Shown here in pieces: positions 14,856 through 22,854 of a stretch of 32,000 nucleotides of DNA; the stretch's first letter is position 1; the number at the start of each line of letters is the position of its first letter. The DNA comes from Pyrodictium occultum (lineage in GTDB: Archaea; Thermoproteota; Thermoprotei_A; Sulfolobales; Pyrodictiaceae). The notes under the pieces were generated by a model. That model ran no database searches and was not told the DNA's origin. It saw nothing but the letters and a program-made list of their open reading frames with translations. The stretch covers positions 660,001 to 692,000 of the forward strand of contig NZ_LNTB01000001.1 of NCBI RefSeq assembly GCF_001462395.1, read 5' to 3'. The position numbers and the translations under genes were made by a program.

Positions 14856-16142
14856 TTGCCGTGCAGCTTGCGCAATAAGTACTTGATACCCACCATCGAC
14901 GATCTTGACAAATACTTCGGCATTAAGGGCTCCAAGATACTGATAAGGATAGACATCAACAGCCCGATAAAGCCGGAGACCGGCGAGATACTCGACGACA
15001 GCAGGATACGCGCACACGCCGAGACGCTGCGAGAGCTCGTCGAGAGAGGAGCCGCTGTCGTCGCTATGTCGCACCAAGGGAGGCCCGGGGAGAGCGACTT
15101 CGTCAGCCTGAATAAGCACGCCGAGCTGCTCGAAAAGCATACGGGGATGACAATCCATTTTATAGACGACGTCATAGGCCCCGCCGCCCGCGAGGAGATA
15201 AAGAAGCTGAGGACGGGCGAGATACTGCTCCTAGACAACACGCGTCTCGTATCCGAGGAGATTATCGAAGCTACGCCGGAGAAGCATGCTGAGAGCATCT
15301 TTGTCAGCAGGCTAGCACCCCTCTTCAACTACTACATTAACGACGCGTTCGCCACCGCCCATAGAAGCCAGCCCAGCATTGTAGGCTTCCCCATGAAGCT
15401 CCCATCTGCAGCCGGCCGTGTAATGGAGAGAGAGCTAGTAGCTCTGTCAAAGCTCTACAACCCGGAGGAGAGGCCACGAGTCTTCGTGCTAGGCGGGGGG
15501 AAGGTTCACGACACCCTGAGGATTCTCGAGTATCTACACAGCAATAGGGCTGTGGATAGGATTCTCGCCACGGGTCTTGTGGCAGAGCTCTTCCTCGTCG
15601 CCAAGGGCGTGGATATCGGCGAAGCTAATATGAAGGTGCTGGAGTCGAAGGGGCTGTTAGCACTCCTCCCACGGGCCAGACGGTTGCTGCTAAAGGGTCT
15701 CCCTATAGAGACCCCTGTGGACTTCAAGACACTTGTGAACGATAATGTAGAGGTAGAGGCGATAGGCAGCAGCATCAAAGGCGTTATAAAAGACATAGGG
15801 CCCCAGACGATTAAGATGTACGTGGAGATCATGAAAGAGGCCAGGCTAATAGTCCTGAGAGGCCCCGCCGGCGTGATAGAGGATCCCCGGTTCCAGGATG
15901 GGAGCAAGGAGCTACTGCGGGCTGCAGTAGAGAGCAGCGCCTATGTGATAGTTGGCGGCGGCCACCTCAACAGCATTGCGGCTAAGCTGGGGCTCAGCGA
16001 GCGCCCCAACCTGCACATAAGCACGGGTGGCGGCGCGCTTCTCCTGTTCCTGGCCGGGGAGGATCTGCCAGGCCTGGTAGCCCTGGCTAAGTCAGCCCAG
16101 AAGTTCTTCGACAAATTCCTGAAGCAGGCCGCTCTCCCCTAA
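14856..16142 (+). CDS. pgk: Phosphoglycerate kinase
   Basis: 428 aa. ILIRIDINSP...DDSRIRAHAETLREL...VAMSHQGRPG and the C-terminal GGGH...STGGGA blocks are typical PGK. The start is TTG at 14856, with an alternative TTG at 14868. Confidence 0.9.
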   Translation: MPCSLRNKYLIPTIDDLDKYFGIKGSKILIRIDINSPIKPETGEILDDSRIRAHAETLRELVERGAAVVAMSHQGRPGESDFVSLNKHAELLEKHTGMTIHFIDDVIGPAAREEIKKLRTGEILLLDNTRLVSEEIIEATPEKHAESIFVSRLAPLFNYYINDAFATAHRSQPSIVGFPMKLPSAAGRVMERELVALSKLYNPEERPRVFVLGGGKVHDTLRILEYLHSNRAVDRILATGLVAELFLVAKGVDIGEANMKVLESKGLLALLPRARRLLLKGLPIETPVDFKTLVNDNVEVEAIGSSIKGVIKDIGPQTIKMYVEIMKEARLIVLRGPAGVIEDPRFQDGSKELLRAAVESSAYVIVGGGHLNSIAAKLGLSERPNLHISTGGGALLLFLAGEDLPGLVALAKSAQKFFDKFLKQAALP

Positions 16143-16172
16143 ACCTCTTTGAGACGGGCACCCTAGAGAGAG

Positions 16173-17222
16173 GTGGAGGTGGCCGGCTTGGCCCGGGTAA
16201 AGGTGGCTGTGAACGGATTCGGCACCATAGGGAAGCGTGTCGCCGAGGCTGTTATGAAGCAGCCGGACATGGAGCTGGTCGGTGTCGTGAAGACTAAGCC
16301 GGACTATGTTGCCAGGTACGCGGTTTCGAGAGGCATACCGCTCTACGCTCCCAGCGACCGCCTGGAGGCCTTCCAGGAGAAGAGGGTGCCCGTGGAAGGG
16401 TCCCTAGAGGATCTCCTCGGCAAGGTAGACGTCGTGGTTGATGCCACGCCTGGAGGCATGGGAGCCAAGTATAAGCCCCTCTACGAGAAGTACGGTGTCA
16501 AGGCTATTTTCCAGGGCGGCGAGAAGGCTGACGTAGCCGAGGTATCGTTCAACACGCTGTGCAACTACGAGGAGGCCTTGGGCAGAAGGAGCGTCAGGGT
16601 GGTCTCCTGCAACACCACCGGGCTCCTGCGCAGTATATGTAGTCTCTCCCGGATAGCCAGGATAAGGCGGATACGCGCCACTATAGTACGCCGCGCAGCG
16701 GACCCCAAGGAGGTGAAACGGGGCCCCGTCAACGCTATAGTGCCGAACCCCGCTAGGCTGCCCAGCCACCACGCGCTTGACGTTAAGACTGTGCTGCCGT
16801 GGCTCGACATAGCTACAGCCGCAGTGGTGGTGCCGACAACGCTGATGCACGTCCACGTGGTGGTTGCAGAGCTGGAGCAGCAAGTGTCCCGGGAGGACGT
16901 GGTCTCGGCGTTCGAGCAGACGCCTAGGATACTGCTCGCCGACGCTGACACGGGGCTGGCCAGCACTGCAGACCTGGTAGAGTACGCCAGGGATCTCGGA
17001 AGGAAGCGCTACGACATACCGGAGCTAGTAATATGGCTTGACAGCGTGGCAGTGCTTAACGACAAGGAGGTTATATGGATGCAGGCAGTGCACCAGGAAT
17101 CAATAGTGGTCCCGGAGAACATTGACGCGATAAGGGCGGTGATGGAGACTGCTAAGTCAGCCGAGGAAACCATGTCGATAACTGATAAGACGTTGGGCAT
17201 AACTCATGGCCGCATACCTTAA
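16173..17222 (+). CDS. gap: Glyceraldehyde-3-phosphate dehydrogenase, archaeal type II (phosphorylating)
   Basis: 349 aa. NAD(P) fold VAVNGFGTIGKRVAEAV and the catalytic VSCNTTGL block. It starts 30 nt after pgk, the conserved crenarchaeal pgk-gap pair. Confidence 0.9.
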   Translation: MEVAGLARVKVAVNGFGTIGKRVAEAVMKQPDMELVGVVKTKPDYVARYAVSRGIPLYAPSDRLEAFQEKRVPVEGSLEDLLGKVDVVVDATPGGMGAKYKPLYEKYGVKAIFQGGEKADVAEVSFNTLCNYEEALGRRSVRVVSCNTTGLLRSICSLSRIARIRRIRATIVRRAADPKEVKRGPVNAIVPNPARLPSHHALDVKTVLPWLDIATAAVVVPTTLMHVHVVVAELEQQVSREDVVSAFEQTPRILLADADTGLASTADLVEYARDLGRKRYDIPELVIWLDSVAVLNDKEVIWMQAVHQESIVVPENIDAIRAVMETAKSAEETMSITDKTLGITHGRIP

Positions 17223-17307
17223 GGACCCCAGCAGATAATTTATTCGAGAGCAATTCGACCCATACACCTCAATGGACCTCTAATGAAGCAGCCTGAGGGA
17301 CTCGACC

Positions 17308-17718
17308 TTGGAACCTACATACACCGTGAGCTTTCTATTCAGGAAGATCCTGGTACCTGTAGACGGCTCCGAGTCCAGCATGAGGGCTCTCAAGGTGGCT
17401 CTTGACTTCGCCCAACGCTATGGATCGCGGATAACAGTGATACACGTGAAGCACCCTAGCGAGGACGCCACTCCCATCATTAATGCTGCTAAGAAGCTGG
17501 CAGGAGAGAGGGGGGTAGAGGTTTCAGTTAAGGTCAAGGAGTACAAGCCCAGCGCGAGTAGCGTAGCTAGCGAGATACTCTCCGAAGCCATAGAGGGCGG
17601 CTATGATCTCATAATACTGGGCGCCCGGGGTAACACCGCTAGCGAGGATATAATCATTGGCAGCGTGGCCCTCTCCATGGTGGTTAACTCGGCGACCTCG
17701 ATTATGATTATCCGCTAG
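17308..17718 (+). CDS. Universal stress protein (UspA family)
   Basis: KILVPVDGSESSMRALKVALDFA and LIILGARG...GSVA are the UspA ATP-binding-type blocks. The start is TTG 17308 or in-frame GTG 17326. Confidence 0.8.
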   Translation: MEPTYTVSFLFRKILVPVDGSESSMRALKVALDFAQRYGSRITVIHVKHPSEDATPIINAAKKLAGERGVEVSVKVKEYKPSASSVASEILSEAIEGGYDLIILGARGNTASEDIIIGSVALSMVVNSATSIMIIR

Positions 17719-17794
17719 CATCCTACGAGGGCCCCCGGAGAAGAATAGCTGTTAAGAACGCTACAGAGAGCCCCGGCCTGCTGGGACGCTCGTC

Positions 17795-18439
17795 ATGGGC
17801 GAGGAGGAGCAGGCCGTATACATTGTAGTGTGCAGCGAGGGCCTCTATCAAGCCGCGGGGCTTGCAGAGGCGCTATTGACAGCGGCGTCCCGGTGCAGCG
17901 GCGAAGCCGTGGTGTACCGTGTTACGCGCGTCCTTCAGCTAGCTGAGAGCGAACTTAACGAGCTGAGGAGCGTCCTACGCACCGCTGCCCGGGAGGGAGG
18001 AGAGCCCCGAGGGAAGCATATAGGAGAGGTGCCCAAGCCCTCCGGGAGAGCCCCCGAGTACGCTGTGGTTTTTGACCAGATGTACAAGGGCTTCGCAGAC
18101 ATACTGGCCCGCGAGATAGAGGATCCCCGCGTGGAGTTCCACGAGGTGCTTGGCAGGGGGATAAATAGGCCTCTCAAGGCCGGGGAGAGAGTGTACAGGC
18201 AGCCCGCCAAGGATGATTATGATATACTTAAGTTGCTAGAGCAGCTGGCTAACAGGTATAGGGGCGGCGTACTCTTCTTCACCGGTGATAAGAGGCTAGC
18301 AAACCAGGCAAGGCTCGTACCGGGGGTACACGTTGAGTACATACCTCCCGGCGAGGTAGCCGGCAAGGAGATGGCTCTAAAGCTTATGGCGCAGCGTATC
18401 CGCTCCTGGATCCTGGGCGGCAGACCCCCGGAGGGCTAG
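17795..18439 (+). CDS. Hypothetical protein; C-terminal half possibly a PIN-like (Mut7-C/DUF82-like) nuclease fold
   Basis: 214-aa ORF with an ATG start. AVVFDQMYKGFADILAREIED and DDYDILKLLEQLANRYRGGVLFFTGDKRLANQA resemble the Mut7-C pattern (FlvDxMLGxLArwLR ... D.eil..A..egRilLTrDr.L). This is a weak assignment made by eye. Confidence 0.45.
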   Translation: MGEEEQAVYIVVCSEGLYQAAGLAEALLTAASRCSGEAVVYRVTRVLQLAESELNELRSVLRTAAREGGEPRGKHIGEVPKPSGRAPEYAVVFDQMYKGFADILAREIEDPRVEFHEVLGRGINRPLKAGERVYRQPAKDDYDILKLLEQLANRYRGGVLFFTGDKRLANQARLVPGVHVEYIPPGEVAGKEMALKLMAQRIRSWILGGRPPEG

Positions 18440-18551
18440 AGCCGGGGGTAGAAGCTAGATGGGTGATGAGACACTCCGATGAGGAGGGCTCCATGTGTAT
18501 GTGTCGATGACTGCAGGGTAGGTTGCTGACCCACCCTCTTCACGTGCAAGC

Positions 18552-19205
18552 ATGCTGGTGGCCATAATGCAGGAAGGCGGCGCGGGCAACGAGTGCGCCA
18601 GCATAGTGCAGGGCTTCATCGAGCGGCTCGCTCTCCAGGTTAAGCGGGATCTAGAGGCGGGGACGCCGCAGCTAACCCTGGCTAAGACGGTCGAGGCTGC
18701 CATAAGCTATGCCAGGGAGCATGGGGCCTGCGGCAGGCCCTCCAGGCAGCCTTACCACGCATACCTCATGAGCCAGTTTAACGCTCTGAACAGGCTAATA
18801 CTAGACAAATCTATGGAAGCCTTGTCTGCACACCTTGAAAGACTCGGGGACGATGTCTACTCCGCCTTCTCAATACTCCTTACGAGGTATGCCATGCATG
18901 AGATAAGGCTAATAGATTATGCAGCCTCAATGCTGCGCAGCACCCTGGAGCAGGGGGTAGATGCTCTGGAGGCTGTCATCTCCATACTCGAGCCCCTAGT
19001 ATTTGCGGCAGCTGCGCGGTACCTTGCCGCTATGTACGCGATCTCAAGCCTTCCCAGCGAGGAGGTACTGCGCCTAGCCGCCTCGCTCGAGAGGATAATA
19101 GCGGCCTATATGGATGAAGAGAACCAGGCCTTTGCGTCCCTGCAGCTCTACTTTCAGGGTGGTGGGGATGGCCGGGCCGAGTCGCAGAAGGAGAGTGGTC
19201 GATGA
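18552..19205 (+). CDS. Hypothetical protein (predominantly alpha-helical)
   Basis: 217-aa ORF with an ATG start and amphipathic helical composition. An in-frame TAG at 18519 rules out an earlier start. I recognise no motif. Confidence 0.5.
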   Translation: MLVAIMQEGGAGNECASIVQGFIERLALQVKRDLEAGTPQLTLAKTVEAAISYAREHGACGRPSRQPYHAYLMSQFNALNRLILDKSMEALSAHLERLGDDVYSAFSILLTRYAMHEIRLIDYAASMLRSTLEQGVDALEAVISILEPLVFAAAARYLAAMYAISSLPSEEVLRLAASLERIIAAYMDEENQAFASLQLYFQGGGDGRAESQKESGR

Positions 19206-19416
19206 GATCCTGCGGAGACCCGACCCGAGTGGCCGCTACGTCATAGTTGTGAGGAGAACTAGTACGAGCTGGGAGGAGCTAAAGAAGCTGCTAAAGGGAT
19301 ATGGCCTAGAGGTAGAGGAGGCGGGCGACGTGGTGATACTGAGAACTAGGTCGAGGCGCATCGCCCGGGAGGTGGCGCTGCAGGCGCTAAAGATGGGGAT
19401 ACTGGATTCCGGCTAG
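19168..19416 (+). CDS. Hypothetical small basic protein
   Basis: The ORF is open from 19114. ATG 19168 (MAGPSRRRRVVDEILRR...) is the more plausible start and still overlaps the preceding gene by 38 nt. I recognise no family. Confidence 0.4.
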   Translation: MAGPSRRRRVVDEILRRPDPSGRYVIVVRRTSTSWEELKKLLKGYGLEVEEAGDVVILRTRSRRIAREVALQALKMGILDSG

Positions 19417-19437
19417 CCGGGTCACGGTGCATCGTCT

Positions 19438-20037
19438 CTAGCAAGGCCTTATGGCCCTCAGCTTCTTCAGCTTCTCGTATATCTTGTTAACAGCCTCGTA
19501 GACCTCCTCCTCGCGCTTCGCCCCGGTTATCACCATCTTCCCCGAGCTGAATATTAGCAGGACAACGCGGGGCTCATCCATCCTGTGTATTAGGCCTGGG
19601 AACTGCTCCGGCTCATACATGCTGTTCTCCAGAGTCAGGGCAGCCCTCTCAAGGTCTACGCACACGTTTAGGTTGGCCGAGGCCACTATATTCTGTATCT
19701 GAACCTTGGGGCGCCCGTAGATCTGGATGCCGTGCTTCTTCAGGTTACGTACGATCTTCTTGACGGCTTCTATGAGGTCGCGCGTGCTCTTGGCCCCAGT
19801 CACGACCATCTTGCCTGACTTGAATATCAGTGCTGTTACCTTGGGCGAGTCGAGGCGGTAGACCAGCCCGGGAAACTGCTCCGGATTGTACTCTACCGTC
19901 AGTATGCTCCTCTCTATGAGGTTCAGGTCTAGAGTCTGGTCGAGGGATACTGTAGCCACTATGTTCTCTATGTTGGCAGTAGGCTTGGGCTCCTGCTCTG
20001 CAGCGCTACGCCTCTGCGGTGTGACAGAAGACTCCAC
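19438..20037 (-). CDS. tbp: TATA-box binding protein
   Basis: 199 aa with two direct TBP repeats: [14 protein letters not shown]...[30 protein letters not shown] and [14 protein letters not shown]...[30 protein letters not shown]. The start is GTG, with a roughly 20-aa N-terminal extension. Confidence 0.95.
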   Translation of the reverse strand: MESSVTPQRRSAAEQEPKPTANIENIVATVSLDQTLDLNLIERSILTVEYNPEQFPGLVYRLDSPKVTALIFKSGKMVVTGAKSTRDLIEAVKKIVRNLKKHGIQIYGRPKVQIQNIVASANLNVCVDLERAALTLENSMYEPEQFPGLIHRMDEPRVVLLIFSSGKMVITGAKREEEVYEAVNKIYEKLKKLRAIRPC

Positions 20038-20060
20038 ACCAGGGCACCCTTTTAAGCCCT

Positions 20061-20080
20061 GTATAAAAATCCTATTTAAA
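20061..20080 (-). promoter_or_regulatory. tbp promoter: two adjacent TATA-like boxes
   Basis: Read on the minus strand: TTTAAATA (20080-20073) and TTTTTATA (20069-20062). Their centres lie about 39 and 28 nt upstream of the GTG at 20037. The proximal box would give a leaderless or near-leaderless mRNA. Confidence 0.55.
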
Positions 20081-20099
20081 ACCTGCTGGCTAGGCTTCC

Positions 20100-20360
20100 G
20101 ACGTCCTCCCGGGGGATGGAGAGGCGGGCAGTCTAGGACTCCAGGCAGGCGTGGAGGGTGACTGGCCTAGTCTCACGCCGACCCCCGTCTCGCAGCATCC
20201 TATCCTACGACACGGTCTCCAGGAGGGAACCAAGATAAGGGGGCTAGCGAGTGCCCTCTCCCACCCCGGGCGGCCCCGAGAGGGCCGTAGGCTGGCCGGA
20301 GCCCTTGCCCCTGTGGCCGCTGCGGCCTACAATCCCCTATCCCGGGGCCGCCCCCGGGTG
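20100..20360. other. G+C-rich, hairpin-dense block upstream of tbp and downstream of nnr; possible structured RNA of unknown class
   Basis: Hand counts give 40, 42, 35, 49 and 42 G+C per 60 nt for lines 20081-20380. Hairpins: 20148-20179 (GGCGUG/CACGCC), 20239-20258, 20271-20287 (CGGCCC-CGAGA-GGGCCG), 20287-20330 (GUAGGCUG/CGGCCUAC) and 20341-20358 (7 bp). On the minus strand the block ends in GGUUUU (about 20082-20087), an oligo-U stretch. Confidence 0.3.
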
Positions 20361-21949
20361 GGGGGCTGATACCTCGTCTTCTCGAGGGGGAGACGACGGT
20401 ACAGGATAGAGCTGCCTGCCAGCCCCAGCGGATCCTTCAGCACCAGGTGAATGCGGTCCACGAGGTCGAGCGCAGTCATGGATTCGCCGTACTCCCGGTA
20501 GGCCAGAGCACCCGCGGCTCCATTTACATAGGCGGCTATGCATGCAGCGTGGAATGGCTCGACACCCTTGGCTAGGAGGGCTGCGGCTAAGCCGGCTAGG
20601 GCGTCGCCCGTGCCACCGGTGCTCATTGCGGGGGCTCCGGCCTTGTTCAGCCTGGCACGCCTCCCATCGGTGATAACGTCGACGGGGCCCTTGAGGAGTA
20701 TTGTGGCATTGCCGTGGAGTCTTGCCTGCTGCGCCGCGTCGGCTACCCGGGCCTCTATCTTCTCCACGGGTGCGGGCTTTGCACCAAAGAGGCGGGCGAA
20801 CTCGGCCTCGTGGGGCGTGAGAACCATGTTGCCTCGTATAAGCTCGCGGCTCGTGGAGAGGGCCTTGAGGGCGTCCGCATCCACGACTACAGGCTTGCCG
20901 GGTGGTAGTCGTGCTAGGAGCTCTCTAACCGCCTCCTGGGTGGCTTCCTCGAGCCCGAGCCCCATGCCTATTGCCACTGCATCGGCCCGCTGGGCGACCG
21001 CGAGCAGTCGGTCGACGTGCTCTGGGCTCAGATAGGGGCCTTCGAGCTCCACGGGTATAATCGTGGGGTACCTCGCCGCGGCTTCCACCACTCTTGTAGG
21101 AGCCGCGAGGTAGACGAGGTCGAGGCCGGCCCGCTGGGCGGCCAGCGCGGAGATCACGGGGGCTCCCACGAAGCCCTGGGAGCCGCCTATTATGAGGACC
21201 CGGCCGGCCTGGCCCTTGTGGGTGCGCCAGCTCCTCCTCGGCACACGGTACGCTACGTCGCCAGGACCTACATATATCTCGGCCTCCGGCGGCGCGCCTA
21301 TGGATGCCACAACAAGCTCTCCAACCAGGTCGGGACGGCGAAAGAGCCCCGGCTTCGGCTTGTGCAGCGTCACCGTCACATCAGCCCGGACCACTGGGCC
21401 TGGCGCCTCACCGGTGTCCGAGTCAAGCCCCGAGGGCACGTCAACCGAGAGCTTCAGAGCATTAGCTCTGTTTACTGCCTCTATGGCCTCCGCGTAAGGG
21501 CTCCTGGGCGGGCCGCGGAGGCCGGTGCCGAGGAGAGCGTCGACAACCGCGTCATAGCCCTCGAGGCTTATCCTACGGGGGTCCCGGGCTATGGTTATAT
21601 CCACAGTGATGTCCATGACCTCCAGTGCCTCGTACATTGATCTCGCCTCCGGACTGCGTATATCCTCGGGCTTGGCCAGGAGTATCACATCCACCCGGTA
21701 CCCCATGTAAGCCAGGTGCCTGGCTGCCGCGAGGCCATCGCCGCCGTTGCCCCCAGGGCCCACGAGCACAGCCACCCTGGAGCCGTTGGGTACCCGCCTG
21801 GCCAGCTCTTCGGCAACGCTTCTCCCAGCGTTCTCCATCAGCTGGAGCCTGCTCACCCCCAGCGCCTCCGAGTTAGCATCTATAACAGCCACATCAAGGG
21901 ATGATATGGTGTCACCGAGGCCGAGCTGAGGCTTCTCAGCATCCTCCAA
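20327..21949 (-). CDS. nnr: Bifunctional NAD(P)H-hydrate repair enzyme (epimerase + ADP-dependent dehydratase)
   Basis: 540 aa. YjeF N-terminal block LMENAGRSVA...VLVGPGGNGGDGL. The C-terminal carbohydrate-kinase-like domain carries TGGTGDALAG. The start is TTG at 21949. Confidence 0.9.
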   Translation of the reverse strand: MEDAEKPQLGLGDTISSLDVAVIDANSEALGVSRLQLMENAGRSVAEELARRVPNGSRVAVLVGPGGNGGDGLAAARHLAYMGYRVDVILLAKPEDIRSPEARSMYEALEVMDITVDITIARDPRRISLEGYDAVVDALLGTGLRGPPRSPYAEAIEAVNRANALKLSVDVPSGLDSDTGEAPGPVVRADVTVTLHKPKPGLFRRPDLVGELVVASIGAPPEAEIYVGPGDVAYRVPRRSWRTHKGQAGRVLIIGGSQGFVGAPVISALAAQRAGLDLVYLAAPTRVVEAAARYPTIIPVELEGPYLSPEHVDRLLAVAQRADAVAIGMGLGLEEATQEAVRELLARLPPGKPVVVDADALKALSTSRELIRGNMVLTPHEAEFARLFGAKPAPVEKIEARVADAAQQARLHGNATILLKGPVDVITDGRRARLNKAGAPAMSTGGTGDALAGLAAALLAKGVEPFHAACIAAYVNGAAGALAYREYGESMTALDLVDRIHLVLKDPLGLAGSSILYRRLPLEKTRYQPPTRGRPRDRGL

Positions 21950-22020
21950 GGCCTAAGCCCCCGCCTAGGTCCAGGCAACCTCTATTTCTAAGAGTCCCTC
22001 TGGGTTGAAGAGGGCGCCCC

Positions 22021-22854
22021 GTGGCGGGGAGAAAGATAGGCCTGGGGGAGCTTACAAGCCTAGACTACGAGGGCATTGCCAGGGCCCTCACCAACTTCAT
22101 TCGAGGCGTGGTAAGGGAGGCTGGAGCTAGGGGTGTTGTAGTGGGTGTAAGCGGGGGAGTAGACTCAGCAACCACACTTGCGCTCGCGGCCAGAGCCCTG
22201 GGGCCCGAGAGGGTACTCGCCCTGCTACTGCCGGACAGTGAGGTGACACCACGAGGCGATGTAGAGGACGCCCGTGAGCTGGTTGAATCCCTCGGAGTCC
22301 GCTACAAGGTTATCGACATAAGGCCGGTGGTGCGGAGCTTCCTGGAGGCTACTGGGGAGAAGCCGGACCGGAGAAGCCTGGGCAACTTGAGGGCCCGGGC
22401 CCGGATGGCCATACTCTACCTCTACGCCAATATGCAGGGCCTGCTGGTGGCAGGCACGGGGGACCGCAGCGAGATACTGATAGGCTACTTCACAAAGTAC
22501 GGGGACGGTGCCGTGGACTTCCTGCCAATAGGCTCCCTCTACAAGACGCAGGTGAGGAGGCTGGCCCTCCACCTGGGGGTGCCGGAGTCGATAGCCCTGA
22601 AGCCCAGCAGCCCTAGGCTCTGGCCGGGCCACCTGGCCGAGGAGGAGCTGGGGATGAAGTACGAGGAGATTGACCTGGCGCTCTACGCTCTCTTCGACCT
22701 GGGGCTCGGGGTCGAGGAGGCTGCTGAGGCCACTGGGCTGCCCAGGGAAAAGCTGGAGAAAGTGCTGGATATGCACCGGGCGAGCGAGCACAAGCGTAGG
22801 CTCCCGCCGGCCCCGGATCCGGGGGATACTGTGTGGAGGTTCCGTAGGCGCTAG
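22021..22854 (+). CDS. nadE: NH3-dependent NAD+ synthetase
   Basis: 277 aa with PP-loop VVGVSGGVDSATT. The GTGDRSEILIGYFTKYGDG block is typical NadE. There is no glutaminase domain. The start is GTG. Confidence 0.9.
   Translation: MAGRKIGLGELTSLDYEGIARALTNFIRGVVREAGARGVVVGVSGGVDSATTLALAARALGPERVLALLLPDSEVTPRGDVEDARELVESLGVRYKVIDIRPVVRSFLEATGEKPDRRSLGNLRARARMAILYLYANMQGLLVAGTGDRSEILIGYFTKYGDGAVDFLPIGSLYKTQVRRLALHLGVPESIALKPSSPRLWPGHLAEEELGMKYEEIDLALYALFDLGLGVEEAAEATGLPREKLEKVLDMHRASEHKRRLPPAPDPGDTVWRFRRR

Noticed and set aside
20538-21640. Long antisense ORFs inside nnr (20538-21035, 21017-21640). Similar ones lie inside rgy, lhr, tmcA and mptG.
   Set aside because: These are typical stop-poor antisense frames of G+C-rich genes. 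Their translations are Ala/Arg/Pro/Ser-rich without motifs, while the sense frames carry clear family signatures.
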